Positions 46,013 through 54,120 of a stretch of 60,681 bases of DNA are shown here, piece by piece. The notes under the pieces are model-generated. The model made no database searches. It was not told where the DNA came from and worked only from the letters and a program-made list of their open reading frames with translations. The number at the start of each line of letters is the position of its first letter. Position 1 is the stretch's first letter. Position numbers and translations under genes: made by a program. The DNA lies in contig CAVIJE010000004.1 in the NCBI GenBank assembly GCA_963643355.1, positions 1 to 60,681 on the forward strand. The letters run 5' to 3'. This DNA comes from Sodaliphilus sp. GTDB taxonomy: Bacteria > Bacillota_I > Bacilli_A > RFN20 > CAG-826.

Positions 46013-46351
46013 TTATTTCTTGCCTTTGACGATGGCTTTAGAGATTTTGCCTTTGTTAACGCCTTTGGATTTATGGACTTGTAATGTCGCACCTTGGTTT
46101 TTGGCCATCTTTGTGCAATATTCTTCCGCTTCGACTTTGGTGTTAAAAAGTTTGATTACTTTGTCACTTCCACGGATGAAGACTTGCCACTTATTGTCGG
46201 AAGCACGCTTTGAAACGTGGTAAACCTTAACGCCACCTTCTTTTTTAGCTTCAGCCTTTTTTGGCTCTGCTACTGCTTTGGTTTCAGCCTTTTTTGGTTC
46301 AGCTGCTTTTTTAGCGACCACTTTCTTTGTTTCTTCTTTTTTTACTGCCAT
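46013..46351 (-). CDS. DUF2188-like protein with Lys/Ala/Pro-rich N-terminal tail
   Basis: 112 aa. The N-terminal ~40 aa is an AKKAAEPKKAE-type repeat. The core VYHVSKRASDNKWQVFIRGSDKVIKLFNTKVEAEEY fits the DUF2188 pattern, from memory. Confidence 0.6.
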   Translation of the reverse strand: MAVKKEETKKVVAKKAAEPKKAETKAVAEPKKAEAKKEGGVKVYHVSKRASDNKWQVFIRGSDKVIKLFNTKVEAEEYCTKMAKNQGATLQVHKSKGVNKGKISKAIVKGKK

Positions 46352-46383
46352 ATTTGTACCTCTTTTATTTTCTTATTTTAGGC

Positions 46384-47037
46384 TTATTCAATAATATTTT
46401 CTAGTTCTTTTAAAGTATCGACTATTAATGCGTTAGAAGCAGCTTGGAGTCTTTCTTTGCTTTGATGGCCTCTAGCAACAAGAATTGAGTGTCCCTTAAG
46501 CCTTTCTGCGACCTCATTATCATGAAGAGTATCGCCAATGAATACAACATCATTCATATCGATATTCTTCGAAGAAAAGAACGCTATCGCTTCTTCAACT
46601 TTCGAGCGACCATAAATATCTTTGATTCCAATTACCACATCAAAGAAATCATAAATGCCTTTCTGCTTTAATTCTTCATCGAGAGAAGATTGTTTAGTCG
46701 CGGAAAGAACGATTAGTTTTTTATTTTTCTTTTTGAAGAAATCCAAAACTTCAACAACATCATCGAAAAGCTTAAGATCATTGAATCCATTTCGATAATC
46801 TAGGTCGAATTCCTTCGCTAATTGAGGAAAATCATCTTCCGGGAACTTAAATCCGGCAGATTCATAATAATCAATTATTGGGAATGTAAATATAGAAAGA
46901 TAGCGATCTTTTTCTATATTTCCATCATGACCTTTTTCCTTAAGCATTTTATTCAAAAGAAAAAGACAAATATCAATATCATCAATTAACGTTCCATTGA
47001 AGTCAAAGACGATATACTCAGCATTAATTTTATTCAT
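46384..47037 (-). CDS. HAD-superfamily hydrolase (Gph/PpaX-like)
   Basis: 217 aa. Motif I is FDFNGTL, a DxN variant of DxD. Motifs II and III are LSAT and GDTLHD. Confidence 0.75.
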   Translation of the reverse strand: MNKINAEYIVFDFNGTLIDDIDICLFLLNKMLKEKGHDGNIEKDRYLSIFTFPIIDYYESAGFKFPEDDFPQLAKEFDLDYRNGFNDLKLFDDVVEVLDFFKKKNKKLIVLSATKQSSLDEELKQKGIYDFFDVVIGIKDIYGRSKVEEAIAFFSSKNIDMNDVVFIGDTLHDNEVAERLKGHSILVARGHQSKERLQAASNALIVDTLKELENIIE

Positions 47038-47062
47038 GGGATATATGTTACCCTAAAATAAG

Positions 47063-47086
47063 AAAAAAACTCAAGAAATCTTGAGT
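47063..47086 (-). terminator. tRNA-Val terminator
   Basis: Minus strand: ACTCAAG-atttc-TTGAGT, then TTTTTTT. Confidence 0.75.
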
Positions 47087-47097
47087 CAATTTAGGAT

Positions 47098-47173
47098 TGG
47101 TGGGTAGTAAGAGGCTCGAACTCCTGACCTTCTGTACGTCAAACAGATGCTCTCCCAGCTGAGCTAACTACCC
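47098..47173 (-). tRNA. tRNA-Val (GAC)
   Basis: 76 nt, GGGTAGT...ACTACCC-ACCA. The anticodon stem is TCTGT/ACAGA with loop TTGACGT. Confidence 0.9.
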
Positions 47174-47211
47174 AGTCCGTATATTTAGCGGCTTTTACAA
47201 GTCGCTTAAGT

Positions 47212-47240
47212 ATTATAGGTATTTCGTAATTTCTAAGCAA
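47212..47240 (-). promoter_or_regulatory. Promoter for tRNA-Val
   Basis: Minus strand: TTGCTT, 17 nt, TATAAT, about 35 nt upstream of the mature 5' end. Confidence 0.6.
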
Positions 47241-47260
47241 GAGAATTTTTGCATTTTTTC

Positions 47261-47293
47261 AAAAAAAGAAAAACGCCCGGTTTTTCCGAGCGT
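47261..47293 (-). terminator. Terminator of the FAD-oxidoreductase gene
   Basis: Minus strand: ACGCTCGG-aaaaa-CCGGGCGT, then TTTTTCTTTTTTT. Confidence 0.75.
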
Positions 47294-47308
47294 TTAGTTG
47301 GTCTTCAA

Positions 47309-48712
47309 TTAGTCTTCGTTAGCAAGTCTTCTTCCTAGGACGACGCCCATAACGGAAGACATCATTAAGCCTCTAGTCCAGCCTGAGGAATCTCCAAGGC
47401 AGAAAAGGTTTTGAATATTTGTCGTCAAGTTTGTGTCCATTTTTATTCTATTTGAATAGAATTTGATCTCTGGAGAATAAAGGAGAGTCTCACTTGAAGC
47501 AAAACCTGGAACAACGTGGTCAACGGCTTTTATAAATTGAATAATATCAGTCATTGTTCGATATGGCATAGCGGCTGTGATATCGCCTGCTATTGCATCA
47601 GGCAAGGTTGGAACGATATTCGCTCTATCAAGTTCTTTTTGCCACGTTCTTTTTCCGTCAAGTATATCGCCAAATCTTTGAACCATGATGTGGCCATTGC
47701 CAAGCATGTTTGTCAATTCGCCTATTTTTTGAGCATAGAGAATTGGCTGATTGAATGGCTCACGGAAGTTATGGGAGCAAAGAATGGAAACGTTTGTATT
47801 TTGCGATTTCTTTTCCTTATAGGAATGTCCATTTACGACAGCAAGATTTCCATCATAATTTTCTTGAGCAACAAATCCACCAGGGTTTTGGCAGAATGTT
47901 CTGACCTTATCTTTGAAAGGGCCACAGTAACCAATAAGCTTAGCTTCGTATAAATTCTTATTAAGAGGTTCCATAACTTCGTTACGGACTTCAACGCGAA
48001 CACCAACATCAACTGGTCCTGGAGCGTGAGCGATGTCGTATTTAGAACAGATTTTCTCTAACCAATCAGCACCTCTTCTTCCGGCTGCTATTACGATGCT
48101 ATTGCCAAATATTTCTTCTTCAGAGGTCGAATGATATTTGTGGGCACGAACGCCAATGCATTTCTTTTCTTCAAGAATTACGTCGTTACATTCATAGCCG
48201 TAACGAATCTCAACGCCATTGCTTTCAAGATATTTCTCAATTGCTAGATAAATATCGTGAGCCTTTTCCGTTCCTAAATGTCTAATTGGGCAATTGACGA
48301 GATGAAGTCCCGCTTCAATTGCACGAAGACGGATTTGTCTAATTTCATCAGTCTCGTTTTCACCTTCAATATGCGTATCAGCACCAAAAGAAAGGTATAT
48401 TGAGTCTGTGTATTTAATTAACTCATCAATTGTATCGTAGCCAAGGAGTTCTGGAAGGGCTCCTCCAACTGATGATGAAAGAGATAATTTTCCATCAGAG
48501 AAAGCGCCTGCGCCAGAAAAGCCTGTCGTGATTGCGCATGGGTCACAATGAGCGCATTTTCCTAATTTTGCTTTAGGGCATGCACGCTTTTCAACGCTCT
48601 GTCCTTTTTCGATCATAAGGATTTTTTTCTTTGATCCTTTTTTGATCATCTCTAACGCGGTAAAAATACCTGCCGGGCCGCAGCCAACAATAATTACATC
48701 ATATTGATTCAT
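47309..48712 (-). CDS. FAD-dependent oxidoreductase (COG2509-like)
   Basis: I trimmed the start to MNQYDVIIVGCGPAGIF (dinucleotide-binding motif) with an AAGGAA RBS, giving 467 aa. The product is Cys-rich (CPKAKLGKCAHCDPC). Confidence 0.8.
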   Translation of the reverse strand: MNQYDVIIVGCGPAGIFTALEMIKKGSKKKILMIEKGQSVEKRACPKAKLGKCAHCDPCAITTGFSGAGAFSDGKLSLSSSVGGALPELLGYDTIDELIKYTDSIYLSFGADTHIEGENETDEIRQIRLRAIEAGLHLVNCPIRHLGTEKAHDIYLAIEKYLESNGVEIRYGYECNDVILEEKKCIGVRAHKYHSTSEEEIFGNSIVIAAGRRGADWLEKICSKYDIAHAPGPVDVGVRVEVRNEVMEPLNKNLYEAKLIGYCGPFKDKVRTFCQNPGGFVAQENYDGNLAVVNGHSYKEKKSQNTNVSILCSHNFREPFNQPILYAQKIGELTNMLGNGHIMVQRFGDILDGKRTWQKELDRANIVPTLPDAIAGDITAAMPYRTMTDIIQFIKAVDHVVPGFASSETLLYSPEIKFYSNRIKMDTNLTTNIQNLFCLGDSSGWTRGLMMSSVMGVVLGRRLANED

Positions 48713-49041
48713 ATCTATGTTCCTTTGGGTTTCCCTTAAGAAAGATACACACATTTTGGCAAAATGTAGAGTAAAATTTTCATTTTTTTCAAAAAAAGCG
48801 TTTTCTTTTTAGAAGAAGGCAAAAAGATTTTTGGATTATTTTGATGGATTTTAGAATCAGAATTTTCTCTAAATATTTAATTTCAATTTTTGTTTTTTTA
48901 TAAATTGAAGGGCCTTTTGCATGGGATTTTTTGATTTTTACTCCGTTTCATTTAATAAATATGCAAATGGTTTTTTCTTATAATCGAACGAAGTTTCATC
49001 AATTTAGGTTGATTAGCCTTTATGAAACGCCTCGTTATCTT

Positions 49042-49070
49042 TTGACCGCTCGCCGATCATGTCTTATAAT
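49042..49070 (+). promoter_or_regulatory. Near-consensus sigma-70 promoter in a gene-free region
   Basis: TTGACC (49042-49047), exactly 17 nt, TATAAT (49065-49070). Confidence 0.55.
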
Positions 49071-49167
49071 CCGGATAGTAGGTGGGAAGCCCCGGCCCCT
49101 TTGCATCAGACTATCCGACCAATGCAAGAGCCAAAGCCATTATAAGTAGCATTATGACGGCTTTTTT
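49071..49167 (+). ncRNA. Candidate small structured RNA or orphan riboswitch-like element (family not identified)
   Basis: A locally GC-rich segment in AT-rich intergenic DNA. An 8-bp helix, CGGATAGT (49072-79) / ACTATCCG (49110-17), encloses GGTGGGAAGCCCCGGCCCC. TTGCAT (49101-06) / ATGCAA (49122-27) offers an alternative pairing. The hairpin GCCATTATAA...TTATGACGGC (49136-61) is followed by TTTTTT. Confidence 0.4.
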
Positions 49168-49212
49168 CTATAATAGCGAAGAACGGTTAAGTTCTATTTA
49201 ATTAATCAAGAA

Positions 49213-49240
49213 AGAAAAAAGTTTGGCGAATAAGCCAAAC
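49213..49240 (-). terminator. tRNA-Thr terminator
   Basis: Minus strand: GTTTGGC-ttattc-GCCAAAC, then TTTTTTC. Confidence 0.8.
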
Positions 49241-49254
49241 ATTTTAATTATTAG

Positions 49255-49330
49255 TGGTGCCGTCTATAGGGATCGAACCTACGACCTACGCGTTACGAGT
49301 GCGTTGCTCTACCAACTGAGCTAAGACGGC
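49255..49330 (-). tRNA. tRNA-Thr (CGT)
   Basis: 76 nt, GCCGTCT...AGACGGC-ACCA. The anticodon loop is CTCGTAA, with one A:C mismatch at the base of the anticodon stem. Confidence 0.9.
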
Positions 49331-49381
49331 GCGAATAAAAGAATAAAACAAATTATTCTTTTTATCAAGATAGCAAAGTTA

Positions 49382-50059
49382 TTAATAATTAGATTTTAAA
49401 CGGCAAATAGTAAAGAAGACAGCCAAGGCTTCAAAAATAATGGCGAAATAATATAGTAAAGATAAGAACATATCTAATGTAGGCGAATATGCAATAAAGA
49501 GAATTGGGACAGTAATGTTAAATAAAATAACCAATATTGAAAATACTAAGGCCAAATTTCTAAGACCTGTATATGAGGCATATCTACCCGTAAGGAATTG
49601 TCTTAAACGTATATAGAGGAAAATTCCCACAATTAGAGCTAGCAAATCACCGCCAAAGGACATCAATGTCGCAGCAATAATCAAAGGATCACCGCTAAAG
49701 AGATTCAAAAATGAACCACTAAGCCAATTGATGACAAATGATGAGCCAAAATCCCATAGCAAAAAGAAAACGAACATCAAAATGCCATTATAGGCAATTG
49801 CCGTTCCTTGGATTGAACCATAAAGGATGAATATAAAACAAACCAAAAGGATAAGATAGTTCCATAATGACCCCATCATCGTATAAGAATTTGTTCTATT
49901 AGTTATTGAAAAATAAGTTAACGCACCAACAAGTAAAGCAAGGCCTATTGAGGCGAAAGTTATTGATAAGTAACGTTTGTAATGATATTTAAGTTTTTGA
50001 AGTAAAATGCCTTTATTCATATGCACTATTGTATACATTTTTTGTATACTTGAAAACAT
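49382..50059 (-). CDS. Hypothetical polytopic membrane protein
   Basis: 225-aa ORF with about 6 TM helices. The true start may be an internal Met (50038 or 50020), because the annotated start abuts the divergent GNAT gene. Confidence 0.6.
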   Translation of the reverse strand: MFSSIQKMYTIVHMNKGILLQKLKYHYKRYLSITFASIGLALLVGALTYFSITNRTNSYTMMGSLWNYLILLVCFIFILYGSIQGTAIAYNGILMFVFFLLWDFGSSFVINWLSGSFLNLFSGDPLIIAATLMSFGGDLLALIVGIFLYIRLRQFLTGRYASYTGLRNLALVFSILVILFNITVPILFIAYSPTLDMFLSLLYYFAIIFEALAVFFTICRLKSNY

Positions 50060-50504
50060 GATAGATTTTAAATTTCATCACGAAAAAAACAAAGAAGTCT
50101 TAGAGGCGATAAAAAGAGTTAATTACCAAGATAGAGACCCTTTCTTACCAAGCGAAAGATCGCCATGGTATTTGATTATCTATTATCAGAATATTCCTAT
50201 AGGCGTTGGCTCTTTTGTTGAATCTGACCCTGAAACTTGGGAAGTAACTTCGATTTATGTTCACGAGAAATTAAGAGGTCAAAAAATCGGTTCATATATA
50301 TTGAAATTCATGCAAACTAAGATAAGAGATTTAGGAGGGAGATGGTGTATCGTTTTTATACCTCTAGCTCTAAAAAACTTTCTTTTGAAAAACGGATATC
50401 ATGAATCGAATAATGGCGAAATTGTTGAAAAGAACGGGGACATGTATTTAAAAATGGCAAAGTTCCTTCCGGGAAAAACATATCGTCCTAGAACTAGATA
50501 TTGA
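50058..50504 (+). CDS. GNAT-family N-acetyltransferase
   Basis: I trimmed the start to MIDFKFHHEK. The acetyl-CoA motif is VHEKLRGQKIGSYIL (R/Q-x-x-G-x-G/A). Confidence 0.75.
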   Translation: MIDFKFHHEKNKEVLEAIKRVNYQDRDPFLPSERSPWYLIIYYQNIPIGVGSFVESDPETWEVTSIYVHEKLRGQKIGSYILKFMQTKIRDLGGRWCIVFIPLALKNFLLKNGYHESNNGEIVEKNGDMYLKMAKFLPGKTYRPRTRY

Positions 50505-50505
50505 T

Positions 50506-51891
50506 TTATTTATGATGCTCAACGTTAAAACGATATAAATCGACATCCTCATTTTGCGGAATGCCTGCTTTTCTTTTACAAATTTCAATTTGTCTTTCTG
50601 GGGTTAGGACTCCAGGTAATTTAGGTAAAACGACGGCGTGCTTATCATCCGCTTCAACCATAACGCCATAAATATTGGCATTAAGGTCATCAATCGACAA
50701 AACAGGTATTAAATCAACCACAACATCAACGGTTATGATTATTTTGTCCAAATCGTCTTCAGTCAATGGCTCAAATCTAGCATCATTGAAAGCGGCACCA
50801 ACGGCATTGGCGATAATTTCTTCCGCCAACGTCTTCTTCTTTGGCTTTATCGTTCCAATGCATCCCCTAAGCTCACCTTCATAATAGATAGTCACGAAAA
50901 CGCCTTCTTTTCTATTTCCTATCTTATTGTTCATCAAAGGCGTTGCCTTTAATAGTTTTTTGTTTTTCGAATAATATTCAATCGCTTCTCTTGCTAAGGA
51001 AACGTAATTGTCCGCAAGTTCCCTTTTTTCTTTGGCGATTATCTTTTCTCTTTCTAAATATAAATTCAAAAAAGCTCTCGATTGATTATCTGTTTTTGGA
51101 GTATAGCAACAAAATCCATATCCAGTTCCATATGGAGCTTCATGGGAAAGGCGAAGGCAATCTAAATCATAACGATCAAGGCAACCAGCAAGAATTGTGA
51201 AAGCGCGGTGACCGCACTGAATTGCTTCACCCATTAAAGTCCTATCAAATGAAAGCAGTTCCCCAAAATTCATTTTCGACATGATTTTCATTATCAAATC
51301 GTCATATATGGCACCTTCAGGGCGATAACCGTATGCACTTTCTTTTGATTGGCAATGTGCTAAGTCTCCTGAAGCAATAATCACGGCTCTTCTTCCTAGT
51401 TTATCAATGGAAGATCTAATTATTTGGCCAAAACGATAATGTTCAGCAAGGGAGAGGCCAGAAACCCCAACACGAACGCTCAAGAAATCTCTAAATTCAC
51501 GATTGATGAAATATAGAGGGACCATCGTTCCATGATCAAGTGAATCTTCCGAACTGTTTTCCATACCACCACGGAAATTGCATATTCTGCATTCTTGCGA
51601 TATTTCTTTAGCAAGAATCTTGTCGTAAAGCATACGAAACGATATTTCGGGAACGCCATATTTCTTAAAAGAACCAGTGGCCACTTCTCCATCAGCTACT
51701 TGGAAAAAATCAGCATAACTTTCGGCATGTGGGGAAATCCAAACGATTGTATCAGGGTGTAATTGCGCGACTTTTTTAGCGATAAGATTAAACGAAGACG
51801 TAGTTGCGGATAATTCGCTTTCCTTACCTTTTCCTATTTCAGGTATTGCGGAAAGTGGATGAGGAACCATGAAAGCGCCGATGATTGGCAT
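50506..51891 (-). CDS. Fusion of a class-III extradiol dioxygenase/Memo-like domain with an AMMECR1 domain
   Basis: 461 aa. The N-half is LigB/Memo-like (MVPHP..., ISPHAESY, IIASGDLAHC). The C-half is AMMECR1 (GVFVTIYYEGELRGCIGTI). Confidence 0.75.
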   Translation of the reverse strand: MPIIGAFMVPHPLSAIPEIGKGKESELSATTSSFNLIAKKVAQLHPDTIVWISPHAESYADFFQVADGEVATGSFKKYGVPEISFRMLYDKILAKEISQECRICNFRGGMENSSEDSLDHGTMVPLYFINREFRDFLSVRVGVSGLSLAEHYRFGQIIRSSIDKLGRRAVIIASGDLAHCQSKESAYGYRPEGAIYDDLIMKIMSKMNFGELLSFDRTLMGEAIQCGHRAFTILAGCLDRYDLDCLRLSHEAPYGTGYGFCCYTPKTDNQSRAFLNLYLEREKIIAKEKRELADNYVSLAREAIEYYSKNKKLLKATPLMNNKIGNRKEGVFVTIYYEGELRGCIGTIKPKKKTLAEEIIANAVGAAFNDARFEPLTEDDLDKIIITVDVVVDLIPVLSIDDLNANIYGVMVEADDKHAVVLPKLPGVLTPERQIEICKRKAGIPQNEDVDLYRFNVEHHK

Positions 51892-51892
51892 A

Positions 51893-52507
51893 TTAAAATA
51901 AACCTTTCTTTAAATAAATCGAATCAGCTTCGGTTATCTTGCGGATTGGTTTTGCAGGAATTCCATATGCTAAATATCCATCAGGAATCTCTCCGGTTAC
52001 TACAGAACCAGCACCAATAACGCAACCATCGCCGATTTTTGCCCCGCCAATGATAGTAACGTTAGCGGCTATCCAGCAATTAGAACCAATGGTGATAGGT
52101 TTTCCGTATTCGCGATCAGTCATCCCACTAGGTCCAAGGTACATAGCTCTTTCGGATGCAACTAGTGGGTGCAAAGGAGTATTAATTGAAACATTAGGAC
52201 CAACAAGAACGTTATCGCCAATTGTCACTTTGCAAGTATCTAATACCGAAAAATTGAAATTGCAGTAAAAATTCTTTCCGCAGTAAAAATTGCAACCATA
52301 ATCAAAAAAGGCTGGGCCAGTGACATAAATTCCTTCGCTAGCGTTAGGCAAAAGCTTTTTGATTATCTCATTTCTTTCTTCAGCCTGACTCTCATCTAAT
52401 CTATTCAAACGAGAGCAAAGAGCATGAGCCATTTGTCTCTTTTTCAATAATTCAGGGTCGTTGCAATCATATATCATGCCCTTAAGCATTTTCTCTTCTT
52501 CGGTCAT
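51893..52507 (-). CDS. Sugar O-acetyltransferase (Maa/LacA, hexapeptide repeat)
   Basis: 204 aa with an N-terminal Mac domain pattern (MLKGMIYDCNDPEL) and LbH repeats (IGDNVLVGPNVSI, IGSNCWIAANVTI, IGDGCVIGAGSVV). Confidence 0.9.
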   Translation of the reverse strand: MTEEEKMLKGMIYDCNDPELLKKRQMAHALCSRLNRLDESQAEERNEIIKKLLPNASEGIYVTGPAFFDYGCNFYCGKNFYCNFNFSVLDTCKVTIGDNVLVGPNVSINTPLHPLVASERAMYLGPSGMTDREYGKPITIGSNCWIAANVTIIGGAKIGDGCVIGAGSVVTGEIPDGYLAYGIPAKPIRKITEADSIYLKKGLF

Positions 52508-52628
52508 ATAAAGTCTCTTTCTTGGTTTTCACTAAATTGTATTCCTATTGTTTTATTGTAAACACTTCACTTTTCTTTAAAAAGAAATATTTTCTATTTA
52601 CAATATTAATACTCATTGGGAGGTTACT

Positions 52629-53996
52629 ATGAAATATACGTGTCATCATACCGATAAATGGATTTACGCAAACATGGATTTAGCCGAAGAAACACTTGAA
52701 GAGAGAAACAAGGTTTTGATTGTTATTGCCGGTGCTTCTTCTTCGGGAAAGAGTTTTCTTTCTTCTTCCTTGACCCAAGCCTTTAAAAAGAATGGCAAAC
52801 GTTGCCTCACATTTTCTCTTGATCAATATAACTATGGGCTTTCAGGAATCATCCCAAACAAAGTGAACCTCAATTATTTCAACTCATCGATTTCTAACAT
52901 TGAAGAAATATCCAAAAGAATAAAAGAAATCATAATCGATATCCCATTTGAGAAGAAATACGATGACGCGTCAATTGCTAAAATAAGGGAGGCGTTAGTT
53001 GATCTTTTATCAAAAGACGACCTAGAAAAATTCTTAAATGGTTTATCTGAAGAATGGAAAAAACTTAACTTTGATGAACCAACCGTCTATAACCTCAAAG
53101 AAGCGACAGAAGACATTGAAAAATTATTCAAAAATCAAAAAATCGACGCTAAAAACTACTCGAAATTCTATTCCGAGAGGTTACCTAGCGAAAAAACTTT
53201 CGATGGAAATGATTACGATGTTGTAATTGTTGAAGGGATTTACGCCTTAAATAATGAATTCGTTAGCAGAGTCGCCCCATTAAAGCCAATCACAAACTTT
53301 ATCGAAGGAAACCCTAAAACTTTATTCCTCCGCAGAATCATCCGCGATAAGAAAAACACATCAGCTAGCACTCCTTTTACGATTAGCCTTTATTTCAAAT
53401 ACATCATTGATTCATATAACAAAACGATTCTTCCTAACAAACAATATGCCGATATCGTTCTTGAGAATGATTTCTCTTTTGCTGAATTAAGAACTGGTGA
53501 TTTATATACAACTAGAGACACTTTCCCAATTGAAAATGAAAATGCGATAACATTCTTAAAAGATAATTCCACCATTGAAGATGTCTCTTATCAAAAAGAC
53601 TTCTATTTCAGCGTCCACGGAGAGAAACAAGAAAACCAAAACCTTTTGCGTTTCCGCGAACGTTCCTTTGATGGAGGAAAAACCTATGTTCCTGGTTCTT
53701 TAGTTCATAAAGGGGCGCCAAAATTCCGCATGGACTCAAAAATAATTAGGCCAATAAATGTCTTATTAGACGAGAACGAAATTACAAAAGTGTGGTCAAA
53801 TAACGACGATGCTTTATTTGCATTCTTAAACAATGGTTTCCAACTAGCTAATGCCGAGGAAAAGATCAAAACGAAAATCATTTATAAAAACCAATCCTTC
53901 TCCATCTATGAAGTCAGAGGCAAGCAAGCCTATATAGAGATAGGTCAGCAAGCAAATTTAAATGTAATCGAAGAGGTAAAAAATCTCGTAAAATAA
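52629..53996 (+). CDS. Uridine-kinase/PRK-family P-loop kinase fused to a CYTH-like C-terminal domain
   Basis: 455 aa with Walker A IAGASSSGKSF and the udk-like VVIVEGIYALN. The C-terminal ~170 aa follow a CYTH-like strand pattern (QKDFYFS..LLRFRE..VHKGAPK..YIEIG), but no clear ExExK motif is present. Confidence 0.6.
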   Translation: MKYTCHHTDKWIYANMDLAEETLEERNKVLIVIAGASSSGKSFLSSSLTQAFKKNGKRCLTFSLDQYNYGLSGIIPNKVNLNYFNSSISNIEEISKRIKEIIIDIPFEKKYDDASIAKIREALVDLLSKDDLEKFLNGLSEEWKKLNFDEPTVYNLKEATEDIEKLFKNQKIDAKNYSKFYSERLPSEKTFDGNDYDVVIVEGIYALNNEFVSRVAPLKPITNFIEGNPKTLFLRRIIRDKKNTSASTPFTISLYFKYIIDSYNKTILPNKQYADIVLENDFSFAELRTGDLYTTRDTFPIENENAITFLKDNSTIEDVSYQKDFYFSVHGEKQENQNLLRFRERSFDGGKTYVPGSLVHKGAPKFRMDSKIIRPINVLLDENEITKVWSNNDDALFAFLNNGFQLANAEEKIKTKIIYKNQSFSIYEVRGKQAYIEIGQQANLNVIEEVKNLVK

Positions 53997-54059
53997 CGGA
54001 TTTTTCTTGCATTTTCACCATAATAATTTTGCATATTCTAAAAAAGTTATTTTTACTAA

Positions 54060-54087
54060 TTGACTTTTTTAAAATTAAGTCTATATT
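54060..54087 (+). promoter_or_regulatory. Promoter of the ABC exporter operon
   Basis: TTGACT, 16 nt, TATATT. A GGAGGAAG RBS lies before the ATG at 54121. Confidence 0.55.
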
Positions 54088-54120
54088 AGTTCGAGTACGA
54101 ACCATTTTGGAGGAAGAATT

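Noticed and set aside
48931-49149. 72-aa plus-strand ORF covering the candidate sRNA region.
   Set aside because: It has a TTG start and no RBS, and it is Arg/Cys-rich with an odd composition. It spans promoter-like and hairpin elements, so the region is better explained as non-coding RNA or regulatory DNA.
49071-49167. Identity of the GC-rich element as SRP (4.5S) RNA, 5S rRNA, 6S RNA or a THF riboswitch.
   Set aside because: It has no GGAA tetraloop/AGCA domain-IV motif (SRP) and no 5S loop-helix pattern. The ends do not pair into a long 6S-like rod. The THF-like strings are present, but the P3 arm and three-way junction are absent. The family is left unassigned.
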